From assembly GCA_041690355.1 (NCBI GenBank), contig JAWLHK010000009.1, forward strand, positions 1 through 64,000: DNA of 64,000 bases, given 5' to 3'. Below, one piece after another: positions 36,345-46,265 of this stretch. Source of the stretch: a bacterium. Its GTDB lineage: Bacteria; J088; JAWLBW01. The notes under the pieces are model-generated. The model ran no database searches, was not told the origin of the DNA, and saw only the letters and a list, made by a program, of their open reading frames with translations. Positions within the stretch are counted from its first letter, which is position 1. The number at the start of each line of letters is the position of its first letter. A program made the translations under genes and the position numbers.

Positions 36345-37904
36345 TCACGTCCAGCGCGAGGCGAGCCGAGTCGACATGAGGTCGGCCAGTCCGTAGATGC
36401 TGAGCTGTGGATTGACGCCGAGCCCGGTCGGAAAAACCGATCCGTCGAGGACGTGAAGATTCTCGATCTCGTGATGCCGCAGGTCCTCGGAGCGCACGAC
36501 CCCTAGCTTCGGATCGTCGCTCATCCCCGCCCCCCCCATGACGTGGGCGGAGAAGACGGCCACCTTCCCGGCCGCGAACGGGAGCGCATCGATGGCGTCG
36601 ATGTCCTTCTCCGACGTCATGCGCAGGGCGGGATCGTGAAAGGTCCACACAGCCTTGGCCCCCGCGGCGAACTGCACGCGCGCCATGACCTTCTGCGCGT
36701 GACGCAGCGCCGCCCACGTGCGTTCGGCCACAGGATAGTCCACGACCGGGGTGCCGTCGTCGCGCAGGCTCACCGTGCCGCCCGGAACGTCGTCGTGCAG
36801 GCCGTCGCCGGTCAGCGCCAGGTGAAAGGCCATGTGCGAGAGCCGCTCCATGAGGATGCGGTGCTGTTCTCCGTAACCCGGCAGTGCCGACGCGGCAAGC
36901 CCGGGGTGCACGGGCGCGGCTTCGAGAAGATAGCCCACCTCGCCGCCGCGGTCGTAATAGTGATGGCTCGCCACCGACTGCGGCGCCCCGTACCAGCCGT
37001 TGACGGCGTCGGGAAACTCGGCCATGCTCGTGACGACCGGGTGCAGAAAGGTGCGCATCCCCAGGCGCCGGTTCGGATCGGGCGCGCCCGAACGAAGGAG
37101 GATGGCCGGCGTGCCGATGGCCCCCGCGGCCAGAATGAAGCGTTTCGCGCGCACCGTCAGCCCTGCCCCGGTCGGCTCCCGGCCCGAGGCGTCGAGCAGC
37201 GTGCACTCGGCCGCCTCGGCCTTGCCCGCATGGAAGCGCAGCCGATCGACCCGGCAGCGGCTGATGACCGTCGCTCCCGCCGAGACGGCATCGGGCAGGT
37301 AGCTGACGAGCATGCTCTGCTTGGCGTCGACCGGGCAGCCCATGCCGCAGTATCCGCTGTGAATGCAGTTGCGCGTATTCCGGTGCGTGGTCTCGACCTG
37401 GATGCCGAGCTTTTCGCATCCGTCGTAGAGCAGGCGGTTGTTCGGATTCGTCGCCTCGAGCGGTACCTGAGCGATGTTCAGCCGGCGCTCGACCCGATCC
37501 CAGTGCGGCGCCAGATCGGCCTCGCCGAAGCCCTTGACGCCATGCACGTCGTGCCAGCGCGAGAGCACGCGCCCGGGGGTGCGAAAGCTCGTGGTCCAGT
37601 TGACGACGGTCGTGCCCCCTACCGCCTTACCCTGCAGGATGACGAGCGACGCGTCACGGGTCGTGCGGGCGCCCCCCTCTTGGTAGAGGTTCTGAAAGGC
37701 TTCGCGCTCGAGCATGCGAAAGCGGGTCTGCGTGAAGTAGCCCCCCTCTTCGAGGACGACGACCTTTAACCCGGCCGCCTGGAGATTGGCCGCGGCCACC
37801 GCTCCGCCCGCGCCGGAACCGACGATGCACACGTCGGCGTCGATGGTTTCGGATTTCGTGAGCGTCTGCCCTTCGACGACACCGGGTTCAAGCAGGCGGC
37901 TCAT
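36345..37904 (-). CDS. GMC family oxidoreductase
   Basis: IVGSGAGG, GKAVGGTTVVNW, SAHVMGG, DGSVFPTGLGVNPQ. Confidence 0.93.
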   Translation of the reverse strand: MSRLLEPGVVEGQTLTKSETIDADVCIVGSGAGGAVAAANLQAAGLKVVVLEEGGYFTQTRFRMLEREAFQNLYQEGGARTTRDASLVILQGKAVGGTTVVNWTTSFRTPGRVLSRWHDVHGVKGFGEADLAPHWDRVERRLNIAQVPLEATNPNNRLLYDGCEKLGIQVETTHRNTRNCIHSGYCGMGCPVDAKQSMLVSYLPDAVSAGATVISRCRVDRLRFHAGKAEAAECTLLDASGREPTGAGLTVRAKRFILAAGAIGTPAILLRSGAPDPNRRLGMRTFLHPVVTSMAEFPDAVNGWYGAPQSVASHHYYDRGGEVGYLLEAAPVHPGLAASALPGYGEQHRILMERLSHMAFHLALTGDGLHDDVPGGTVSLRDDGTPVVDYPVAERTWAALRHAQKVMARVQFAAGAKAVWTFHDPALRMTSEKDIDAIDALPFAAGKVAVFSAHVMGGAGMSDDPKLGVVRSEDLRHHEIENLHVLDGSVFPTGLGVNPQLSIYGLADLMSTRLASRWT

Positions 37905-38527
37905 TCTTCACCTTTCTCGGCGGCTGCGACCGGCATCGGCGGTGACAGCGGCTCACGCGCCCTGATCGGGCCGGGGTCGGGCTTGGGGATCGGGGGGCCG
38001 GGGTATCCGGCCTCGGCGCCGATGTCGACCGGCATGTAGTAGGCCGCGAGGCTGATCTTGCGCAAGGCGTGATAGGCCCCCACCAGCAGCGGAAAACGGG
38101 AGTCGCGCCAGGCATCGATCGAGCGGCGCCGCCCCGCGAGGTCCTGCAGGGTGAACGGCGTGACCGAGCCGCGGGTCAGCATCCCCGCCAGGCCGTTCTC
38201 GAGCAGGCCCAGGGCCAGATTGAACTCCTTGCGGATGGCCGCGGGGACGTACGTCAGACGATCGTCGATGATCAGCGCCACCTGCGCCGCCGGAACCGTC
38301 ATGGGCGTGGGCGCGACGGCTTCGATGAAGGCCGCCAGCACGGGAAAAGACGACGCATCGAGCGCCTGCAGGGGGCCGCCCGGAAGCGGTTCACTGCGCC
38401 CGGGGCGCAAGGCCAGCCCCGCCGTTCCGCCGACGAAGAGAACGGCTGAGCCGAGGAGGCTCTTCGTGATGAGCGATCGGCGGCTTATCCGGCCCGATTC
38501 GACGGGCTCGCGGGTTACCGGTTTCAT
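37901..38527 (-). CDS. Tat-signal small partner of the GMC oxidoreductase
   Basis: SRRSLI motif, LAAYY...AGYPGPP; overlaps the GMC start. Confidence 0.75.
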   Translation of the reverse strand: MKPVTREPVESGRISRRSLITKSLLGSAVLFVGGTAGLALRPGRSEPLPGGPLQALDASSFPVLAAFIEAVAPTPMTVPAAQVALIIDDRLTYVPAAIRKEFNLALGLLENGLAGMLTRGSVTPFTLQDLAGRRRSIDAWRDSRFPLLVGAYHALRKISLAAYYMPVDIGAEAGYPGPPIPKPDPGPIRAREPLSPPMPVAAAEKGEE

Positions 38528-38630
38528 GTCCAGGCTCCTCTCCGCAACGCGAGGGCGCGGTCAGACATTATTGAACCATAATGCCCCCTCCATGGCACCC
38601 GCGGGGTACAATGAGCCTTTTCGCCTCCCC

Positions 38631-40037
38631 ATGGATCCCACCCATCCGCGCTACAAATGGGCGGTCATGGTGCTCGTCACCCTGGCCACCTTCATGTCCG
38701 TACTCGACGCGAGCATCGTCAACGTCGCCGTGCCGCACATCATGCGCTCGTTCGGCGTGCCGCTGAACGACGTGAAGTGGGTCGTCTCGGCCTACATGCT
38801 GGCTTATGCGGTGCTTATCCCGCTTGCCGGCTGGCTGCACTTCCGCATCGGGCTCAAGCGGACCTTCGTCGGCACGCTCACCGTGTTCACCGCAGCCTCG
38901 GCCCTGTGCGGCCTGGCGTGGAACAACGAGAGCCTGGTCTTCTTCCGCATCCTGCAGGCCATCGGCGCCGGCGCCATCATGCCGACCTCGATGACCCTCG
39001 TCTCTGAGGTTTTCGCGCCGCATGAGCGCGGCACCGCCATCGGCATCTGGGGTCTGGGCGTGGTCGTGGCCCCCGCCGTCGGTCCCACGCTCGGCGGCCT
39101 TCTCGCCGACACCGTGGGCTGGCGCTGGATCTTCTACATCAACATCCTGCCGGGCGCGCTCGCCATCGGACTCGGCTCTGCCTGGCTGGTCGCCAACCCG
39201 CCGCGCGAACGGCCATTCGACGCCCCCGGCTACGCCCTGCTTGCCCTCTTTCTCATCGCCGCGCTGCTCATGCTGGCTGAGGCGGGACGCCTCGGATGGG
39301 GCGACCCCTGGATCGTCGGCGGCGGCCTCACCGCGCTCGTGTCGCTCGTCGCGTTCGTAGGCGTCGAGCGGCGGTCTGCGCACCCCATCGTCGACCTGGC
39401 CCTCTTCAACCGGCCGACCTTCACGGGGGCGACGCTGCTCGGCGTCTTTCGCTCCATCGTTCTCTTCGGCTCGCTGTTTCTGCTGCCGGTGCTCATGCAG
39501 AACGTCATGGGATACTCGGCCGCGACCGCCGGACTGGTGCTGGCCCCCGGCGCCGTCGCCATGGGCATCTTCATGCCCGTGGCCGGACGTCTGAGCGATC
39601 GACTCGGTGCGAGACCGCTCGCCTTCGTCGGCGTTGGTCTGACCACCGCATTCCTCTACTTCATGGCCGCGCTCCCCGTCGACGCGGGGCTGTGGGCGAT
39701 CACCTGGCCGCAGGTTCTGCGCGGTCTCGGGGTCGCCCTGCTTCTGGCCCCCGTATCGGCGGCCGCCATGAACGCGGTGCCGCAGGACGAGGTCGGCATG
39801 GCCTCGGGCATCATCAACCTGTTTCAGCAGGTCGGCGGGGCGGCCGGGATCACGGTGCTCGAACTCCTGCTCGAAATGCGCCTGCACACCCGCGCGGGGA
39901 CCCGGGCCGACCTCGAGCACATGCAGGGGAGCGCCGAGGCCGCCGCGGCCTTCGGCGACGTGTTTCTGCTCTGCCTCGCGATCATGGCGCTCGCGTTTCT
40001 GCCCGCCGCCATGCTCGGTCGCGAAGCGAAACGCTAG
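38631..40037 (+). CDS. MFS transporter, DHA2 (EmrB/QacA) family
   Basis: FMSVLDASIVNVAVP, FRILQAIG, PAVGPTLGG, WRWIFYIN. Confidence 0.93.
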   Translation: MDPTHPRYKWAVMVLVTLATFMSVLDASIVNVAVPHIMRSFGVPLNDVKWVVSAYMLAYAVLIPLAGWLHFRIGLKRTFVGTLTVFTAASALCGLAWNNESLVFFRILQAIGAGAIMPTSMTLVSEVFAPHERGTAIGIWGLGVVVAPAVGPTLGGLLADTVGWRWIFYINILPGALAIGLGSAWLVANPPRERPFDAPGYALLALFLIAALLMLAEAGRLGWGDPWIVGGGLTALVSLVAFVGVERRSAHPIVDLALFNRPTFTGATLLGVFRSIVLFGSLFLLPVLMQNVMGYSAATAGLVLAPGAVAMGIFMPVAGRLSDRLGARPLAFVGVGLTTAFLYFMAALPVDAGLWAITWPQVLRGLGVALLLAPVSAAAMNAVPQDEVGMASGIINLFQQVGGAAGITVLELLLEMRLHTRAGTRADLEHMQGSAEAAAAFGDVFLLCLAIMALAFLPAAMLGREAKR

Positions 40038-41233
40038 GCCGGACGGCGAATCACCGTGTCCTGCGGCCGGCCGGCTTCGGCCTGCCCGGTGCCGAGCATG
40101 AGATTCGCCAGCCGCTCGCCCCGCTCGAAAGCGCGCCGCCGCTGCCGCGGAATGTCATAGTAGAAGCGGCGCATCATCTCGTCCTTGATCTGTTCGGGCG
40201 TCCACGTCTCGAACACGCGGAAACCGAGCGTCTGCGCCGCTTTGGGAAACAGAGGCTTCAGCCGGTCGGCCGCACGTCCGAAGACATCGCGCATGAGCAT
40301 GTAGTCGCTGCGAAATCGGCCGTAGCGGCTCCGATAGGCATAGTGCCAGACGTAGATCTCGGCCAGCGTGCGGGGCAGATCTTCTTCGATGTGCGCCTGC
40401 ATCCCCTTGGCTATCGAGAACCCGATGCCCTTGAGGGGATCTTTGAGGCGGCCGCGCACATTGTCGGCCGCGCGGAACGAGGAGATCCAATGATGCTCGC
40501 AGTATCCCGGCGCCTCGCCGCAGTAGCGATCGAGGTTCACCCGGTAGTAGTGGTGGAAACGGGGGATGAGCCGCAACACCCAGCCGGGGTGCGTGAAGCG
40601 TCCCTGGCGGCAGCAGTCGATCAGCTCTTCGGTCACAAACTGGTAGACCCGGGCGAACCACTGCTTCGGGTCGTTGCGGGCGGCAAGCCGATCGGCCAGG
40701 ACGCGCTGTTCGTCGCGGATGGCCTCGGCGCCCGCGTAAAGAGAAGCCAGGTCTGCCGAGTCGTCGACGTCCCGATCCGGGCGCAGGCCTGCCTCGGCTG
40801 CGTCCTGCAGGCAGTCGACGAGCCGGTCGATGCTCGCACCGACCTGACGGCGCAGAAGCACCCCGGCCGTCGCCCCGAGGAGGGGAACCGGAAACTCGGC
40901 CTCGACGTCCCACGTGAACCGCGTCCCCCCCTCGACGGGGCTCAGCCGCATCTCGCCCCGATGCGAGCGGATGGGCGCGCCGTTGACGACGCGGTAGACG
41001 AAATGGTGCGGCGGGCGCGAGGTCTCGACCACTTCTTCGATGCGCGCCGCGCCCCGGGGCAGGCGAATGGTGACTGACCGCAGCGTGCCCACCGCCCAGG
41101 GCTCGTCGCCGTCGCCCACCGCGATCCGCCGGATGGCGGCATCAGACCAGCGGTTCATGAGTTCGGGATCGGTAAGAAAGGGCCATGCCGCCGAAGGGGG
41201 CACCGGAAGAATGCGTTCGAAATGCAGCCGCAT
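40034..41233 (-). CDS. SRPBCC (polyketide cyclase-like) domain fused to DUF5995-like domain
   Basis: N-terminal SRPBCC pattern (WPFLTDPELMNRW, GGTRFTW); C-terminal FARVYQFVT...GMQAHIEEDLPRTL. Confidence 0.7.
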   Translation of the reverse strand: MRLHFERILPVPPSAAWPFLTDPELMNRWSDAAIRRIAVGDGDEPWAVGTLRSVTIRLPRGAARIEEVVETSRPPHHFVYRVVNGAPIRSHRGEMRLSPVEGGTRFTWDVEAEFPVPLLGATAGVLLRRQVGASIDRLVDCLQDAAEAGLRPDRDVDDSADLASLYAGAEAIRDEQRVLADRLAARNDPKQWFARVYQFVTEELIDCCRQGRFTHPGWVLRLIPRFHHYYRVNLDRYCGEAPGYCEHHWISSFRAADNVRGRLKDPLKGIGFSIAKGMQAHIEEDLPRTLAEIYVWHYAYRSRYGRFRSDYMLMRDVFGRAADRLKPLFPKAAQTLGFRVFETWTPEQIKDEMMRRFYYDIPRQRRRAFERGERLANLMLGTGQAEAGRPQDTVIRRPA

Positions 41234-41495
41234 CGCAACACCTCATGCAAACCGGGTTCTTGAGCCTGCGCCGGCGCAACCGTCATCATGACGAAAGCCC
41301 CGACGGCAGACAGCAGCGGGCGCCCTGCAGGCCGCCCCGAATCCGGAAAGAGACAACTATGTTCCGCTACAGCCTACCACATGGTCGGGAGAAAGGCGAT
41401 TCGAGTTCAGGCGCAAATGCGGAGCGCCCGGGTGAGGGATCAGCTATACTGACCGAAACCCATTTTCGGCCCGAATCGGGAGAAAGAAGTCCGCT

Positions 41496-41981
41496 ATGCA
41501 GATCGACCGCAACAGCGTGGTCACCATCGAGTACACCCTGCGCGATCCGGAGGGAGAAGTCATCGACAGCTCCGTCGGCTCCGACCCCTTGTCCTATCTC
41601 CACGGCCACGGGCAGCTCATTCCCGGCGTCGAGAAGCAGCTGGCCGGCCAGAGCGAAGGTGCCGCGCTGCGCTTCACGGTGCCGCCGGGCGAAGGCTACG
41701 GCGAATACGACGAGAACGCCTTTCGCACGGTCAGCAAGGCAAACTTCGGTGATGCCGGCGAGGTCGAAGAAGGCATGCAGTTCTGGGTCACCGACGAAGA
41801 CGGTCGTGAAATGCCCGCCCGCGTCGACGCCATCGAAGGCGATGAGGTGCGTCTTGATTTCAACCACCCGCTCGCCGGTCTTCCGCTCGACTTCGAGATC
41901 AAGGTCGTGAACGTTCGGGAGGCCAGCGCCGAGGAGCTTTCGCACGGGCACGTCCACGGCCCGGGCGGCGCGCATGACTGA
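41496..41981 (+). CDS. slyD: FKBP-type peptidyl-prolyl isomerase SlyD
   Basis: YLHGHGQLIPG, LDFNHPLAG, tail EELSHGHVHGPGGAHD. Confidence 0.93.
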   Translation: MQIDRNSVVTIEYTLRDPEGEVIDSSVGSDPLSYLHGHGQLIPGVEKQLAGQSEGAALRFTVPPGEGYGEYDENAFRTVSKANFGDAGEVEEGMQFWVTDEDGREMPARVDAIEGDEVRLDFNHPLAGLPLDFEIKVVNVREASAEELSHGHVHGPGGAHD

Positions 41982-42639
41982 GGCCCGCGACGGTTTTCGA
42001 CAGGGGCCGGCTTTCAGAGGCCGGCCCTTTGCGTTTGTCGTGTGTCTGCTCGCATGGTTGGCAGGCCCCCCCGCGGCTTCGGCCGCCCGGAATGCCGTCG
42101 GGATTGTCGGGGGCACATCCGGCAAAGTCACTCTCGAGCGCGACGGAAAAGCCTATACCCCGAAGACCGGGAACCGGGTGCACCGCAACGATCGCGTCGT
42201 CACGGGCAAAGACGGAAAACTCCGCATTCTCTTCGCTGACGACTCGGTGCTCACCGTGGGTCCACGCTCCCGCGTCGAGCTGGCCCAATACAGCCTTGCC
42301 GCAGATCGCTCCTTCACGATCCGCGTCCTGACCGGCCGGTTTCGCATGAGTGTGGCCAAGTGGTTCCTTGGACAAACCGAGGGCAAGGTCGAGATGAAGA
42401 CGGCCGTGGCCGGCGTGCGGGGCACGGTGCTCTGGGGGGATACGGAACTGGACGCGGTCTGCGCGCTCGCAGGCTCCATTGTTCTGGCTCCGGCCTCGGC
42501 GCCCGAGCGCGAAGCGGCCCTCACGGCGGGCCAGTGCCGCTCGGAGATGAGAGACGGCCGCCTCACCCCCCTCGAACCCACGCCGGAGCAGCTGCGCGCC
42601 TTTCTCGCCGAGGTGACCGTCGACGACTCACCGCGCTGA
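41974..42639 (+). CDS. Secreted FecR-domain protein
   Basis: DRVVTGKDGKLRILFADDSVLTVGPRSRVEL, KTAVAGVRGT; start uncertain. Confidence 0.8.
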   Translation: MTEARDGFRQGPAFRGRPFAFVVCLLAWLAGPPAASAARNAVGIVGGTSGKVTLERDGKAYTPKTGNRVHRNDRVVTGKDGKLRILFADDSVLTVGPRSRVELAQYSLAADRSFTIRVLTGRFRMSVAKWFLGQTEGKVEMKTAVAGVRGTVLWGDTELDAVCALAGSIVLAPASAPEREAALTAGQCRSEMRDGRLTPLEPTPEQLRAFLAEVTVDDSPR

Positions 42640-42641
42640 AG

Positions 42642-44042
42642 CTACAGCGGTTCGCGCAGCATCTGCTCCCACTGCGCGCGCAGACCCGACAGAAAGCGGG
42701 AGCTCAGGTACTTCTGAAACGAGATGGCCGCCGGGTCCTTGACCTGGAGGCTCACCCCCAGGCGGAAGCGGTCGCCCTGCGCAACGCAGTAGATCACCCT
42801 TCCCGCGAAGGGGTAGGCATCGATGGCTCTGTCCATCGACAGCACGCCTTCAAGGGCGGTCCCCTTCGGGATCACCTTGTCGACGAGAACGGCGCACCCG
42901 TTGGTGCTCAGATTGAGTCCGTCGGCCTGAATGTTGGCCAGGCGCTCGGTTTTCAGAACGGCTGAAAAGGTTTCGTCGATACGGGGCATGCGCCTATCGA
43001 CTGGTGCGAAAAAATTCGCGATATGCTGCACGAGCGTCTCGCTCTGATGCGGCAGCACAAAAATCGCCGGCAGCGAGCTGGCAAAGGCGGCCCGCACCGG
43101 ATCGCTGATCGGCGTCGTGGCCACGCCGATGATGAGCGCGCGCCGGCGCAGGCGTTCGAGCCGCTCGATCTCTTCGGCATGGCAGGTTGAAACATCCATG
43201 ATGACGATGGGCGGCGTCACGGGAAGCTTCTCGGGCAGGTTCTGGTGCACCTCGGCCTTCACCCCGTAATACTTCAGGACGGGCGGGAGCCCTTTGGGCA
43301 TGCCCGGAACGCAGAGAAGACGCAGCTCCAGAAACTGGCGCTCCTGCTGGATGCGGCGGCAGACCTCGGCCGAAGCTTCGCGCGATGCGGCATCGAGTTC
43401 GAGGCCGAACACCCGCGGATGCACGAGCCGCAGCCATTCGTGTTCGTGCAGGGCCTGTTCGATGAGCGGGTACTCGCCGACATGACGCACGGTGCCCCGT
43501 ACGGTGAATCGATCGACGCCGTAGGGCACCTCGAGCGCGACCGTCTCGCCGACGGCCGCCTCCATGTCGGCCAGCGCCATCGCCCCGTGGACGGAAATGT
43601 TCAGGAGCAGCGCCGGGAGTGTGGCGCCGTCACGCACCACATGCCCCCCCGAAAGCATGCGCCAGCGCACTTCGCGGCGCGGTGTCACGGTCGTGGCCGG
43701 GCGTCGGCCGTCGAGCAGCGGGCCGATGGCCTCGACCGAAACCGGCCAGGCCATCGCGTGCCCGCGAAAGCGGGAGGCGAGCCGGTTCGCCTGCTCGACG
43801 TCGCTCAGGGCGACGACGAGCGGCGCCTCGGGTACGCGTTCGCGCACGGCGGTCAAGACGTGTTCGAGGCTGAGCCCCGGCAGGTTTCCCGCGACGACGA
43901 TGAGGCCGACCGGAAAGCTGCGGATCTGCTCGCCCAGCTCCTGCGGCGTGCGGCAGCCGTGTACCCGGCACCCCAGCGGCTCGAGAATGGCCTGCAGGTA
44001 CTGCGTCCGGTCTTCGGTCGGTGTCAGCGCTAATACGTCCAT
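42642..44042 (-). CDS. Receiver-like/PilZ hybrid with two PilZ domains
   Basis: RREVR + NISVHG and RRMPR + NLSTNG c-di-GMP motifs, each after a degenerate receiver-like block. Confidence 0.78.
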   Translation of the reverse strand: MDVLALTPTEDRTQYLQAILEPLGCRVHGCRTPQELGEQIRSFPVGLIVVAGNLPGLSLEHVLTAVRERVPEAPLVVALSDVEQANRLASRFRGHAMAWPVSVEAIGPLLDGRRPATTVTPRREVRWRMLSGGHVVRDGATLPALLLNISVHGAMALADMEAAVGETVALEVPYGVDRFTVRGTVRHVGEYPLIEQALHEHEWLRLVHPRVFGLELDAASREASAEVCRRIQQERQFLELRLLCVPGMPKGLPPVLKYYGVKAEVHQNLPEKLPVTPPIVIMDVSTCHAEEIERLERLRRRALIIGVATTPISDPVRAAFASSLPAIFVLPHQSETLVQHIANFFAPVDRRMPRIDETFSAVLKTERLANIQADGLNLSTNGCAVLVDKVIPKGTALEGVLSMDRAIDAYPFAGRVIYCVAQGDRFRLGVSLQVKDPAAISFQKYLSSRFLSGLRAQWEQMLREPL

Positions 44043-44141
44043 ACCCACCCGAGGCTACATTCTACCGGAATCGCCCCTGGGGAACACGAAAATCTCCCGC
44101 GCCTGTAGCACCGGCCGCGGGCCTGGGGTACCCTTGCATCC

Positions 44142-45287
44142 ATGCGTACCTGGTACAGCGTCCTCTTCTTCTTCCTCATGATGTCGACCGTGCTGGGCGG
44201 CGTCCACTACTACCTCTGGCGCGAGCTCATTCGCGCCCCACGTTGGACGCCCCGCCCGCGGCGCGCCCTGACCGCGGGGCTCGTGCTTCTGTTCGCGCTG
44301 CTGATGGGGAGCTTTCCGGCATACCGGTTGCTGAGGCCCGAGGTGGCCGCGCCGCTCGTTTTCGTCAGTTTCACCTGGCTGGGGATCATGTTTCTGCTCT
44401 TCGTGGCGACGCTCGCCCGGCACGGCCTGCACCACGCCGCGGGCCGGGTCTCGCGGGTGAACGTCGATCCGGGCCGGCGCCTCTTTCTCCAGCGTACGAG
44501 CGCCCTGGGGGTCGGCGTGCTGACGACGGGAGCCTCGGCCGTCTCCATCCAGAAAGCCCTCGATTCCCTCCATGTGCGCGAGGTAGACGTGCGCCACGAG
44601 AAACTGGCGGCGGGCTGGGCGCCCCTGCGCATCGCCCTCGTCACCGACATTCACGTCGGGGCCACCATCGGGCGCGAGTTCGTGACGGCCATGGTCGAAC
44701 GCATCAATACGCTCGACGCCGACCTCGTGGCCATCACGGGCGACCTCGTCGACGGCAGCGTTCCCGATCTGGCCCCGCACGTCGCGCCGCTCGCCGGCCT
44801 GCGCAGCCGCCACGGTACGTTCTTCGTACCGGGGAACCATGAGTACTATTCGGGCCTCGACGCCTGGCTGGCGCACCTCGGCTCGCTGGGCATCCGCACG
44901 CTGCGCAACGAGCGCGTGACCCTCGACCATCACGGACATGCCTTCGACGTGGCGGGCATCGACGATCCGACCGGCAACCCCGACATGCCCCGCACGGTCG
45001 CCGGGCGGAATCCAGAGACACCACTGCTCGTGCTTGCCCATCAGCCGCGGGCCGTCCGCCACACGGCGGGACACGGCGGACTGCTGCAGCTGTCCGGACA
45101 CACGCACGGCGGCCAGATCTGGCCCTTCAACTTTCTCGTGCGTATCGTGCAACCCTATGTCGAAGGCCTTCATCGGCACAACGACGGCATGTTCGTCTAC
45201 GTGAGTCCGGGCACGGGATATTGGGGTCCGGCCATGCGCCTGGGAACCAAGGCCGAGATTACCGCAGTCACGCTGGCGCGCGCCTGA
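44142..45287 (+). CDS. Membrane-anchored metallophosphoesterase (YkuE-like)
   Basis: TDIHVG, TGDLVD, GNHEYY, LAHQP, SGHTHGGQ. Confidence 0.92.
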   Translation: MRTWYSVLFFFLMMSTVLGGVHYYLWRELIRAPRWTPRPRRALTAGLVLLFALLMGSFPAYRLLRPEVAAPLVFVSFTWLGIMFLLFVATLARHGLHHAAGRVSRVNVDPGRRLFLQRTSALGVGVLTTGASAVSIQKALDSLHVREVDVRHEKLAAGWAPLRIALVTDIHVGATIGREFVTAMVERINTLDADLVAITGDLVDGSVPDLAPHVAPLAGLRSRHGTFFVPGNHEYYSGLDAWLAHLGSLGIRTLRNERVTLDHHGHAFDVAGIDDPTGNPDMPRTVAGRNPETPLLVLAHQPRAVRHTAGHGGLLQLSGHTHGGQIWPFNFLVRIVQPYVEGLHRHNDGMFVYVSPGTGYWGPAMRLGTKAEITAVTLARA

Positions 45288-45329
45288 ATCCCGCCGGGTT
45301 CTCGCCCGTCGCGAGGGGAATGGAGCGGT

Positions 45330-46265
45330 TCAGAGCGCTGCGGCGAGCTCGATCCACGGCGGCGAGAGCCAGACCCCGGCCTTGCGCTGTGACGGAGTCA
45401 GCGTCAGAATTTCGACCCCGTTCTCGGTCACAAGCACCGTATGCTCGAACTGGGCCGACAGCTTCTTGTCGCGCGTGCGCACCGTCCACTTGTCCACCGG
45501 ATCGGTCGTGACGTGCGGCGTCCCGACGTTGACCATCGGCTCTACCGTGAACGTCATGCCCGGGATGAGCACCATGTTGTCGGCGGCGGGCTCGACATGG
45601 TGAAAGACGCTGAAGTTTTCGTGGAATTTGAGGCCGATGCCGTGCCCCGTATACTGGCGCACCACCGAGAACCCGCGTTCTTCGACGAACGGCTGGATGG
45701 CGCGGGCGATGTCCTGCAGCTCGCGGCCGGGCTGAATGGCGCGAAGGCCACGCACCATGGATTCGGCAGCCACGGCCGAGACCAGCTTCGCCTCGTCTGA
45801 AACCTCACCCATCAGAAAGGTTTCTGAGGAGTCGCCGTGAAAGCCGTCGACGATGGTCGTCAAATCGATGTTGACGATGTCTCCCTCGCGCAGGACTTCG
45901 CTCGGCGAGGGAATTCCGTGGCAGACGACGTCGTTGATTGACGTGCAGAGCGAACGGGGAAAACCGTGGTAGCCCAGGGTTGCGGGCTTGTGCCCGTGAC
46001 TTACGGTGTAATCGTAGACCAGCCGATCGATCGCTTCGGTCGACAGCCCGGGGCGAAGCTCGCCGCGCACATAGTCCATCAGCTCGCCGTTGAACGCGCC
46101 GGCCCGACGCATGCCTTCGATTTCGGCGGCCGATTTGGCCCAGGAAGCAGGCGCCGTCGGCACCCGCCGTGCGGCCGAGGCCCCCGACGCCATGTCGGCG
46201 GCCATGTGGCATTTCTTGTACTTGCTGCCGCTGCCGCACCAGCACGGATCGTTGCGTCCGGTCAT
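45330..46265 (-). CDS. map: Type I methionine aminopeptidase with N-terminal SEC-C motif
   Basis: GRNDPCWCGSGSKYKKCH; SINDVVCHGIP, GDSSET, GHGIG, FTVEPMV, AQFEHT. Confidence 0.94.
   Translation of the reverse strand: MTGRNDPCWCGSGSKYKKCHMAADMASGASAARRVPTAPASWAKSAAEIEGMRRAGAFNGELMDYVRGELRPGLSTEAIDRLVYDYTVSHGHKPATLGYHGFPRSLCTSINDVVCHGIPSPSEVLREGDIVNIDLTTIVDGFHGDSSETFLMGEVSDEAKLVSAVAAESMVRGLRAIQPGRELQDIARAIQPFVEERGFSVVRQYTGHGIGLKFHENFSVFHHVEPAADNMVLIPGMTFTVEPMVNVGTPHVTTDPVDKWTVRTRDKKLSAQFEHTVLVTENGVEILTLTPSQRKAGVWLSPPWIELAAAL

Noticed and set aside
42002..42030. GC hairpin plus T-run as slyD terminator
   Set aside because: Lies inside the predicted 5-prime end of the FecR gene and the T-run is short; ambiguous
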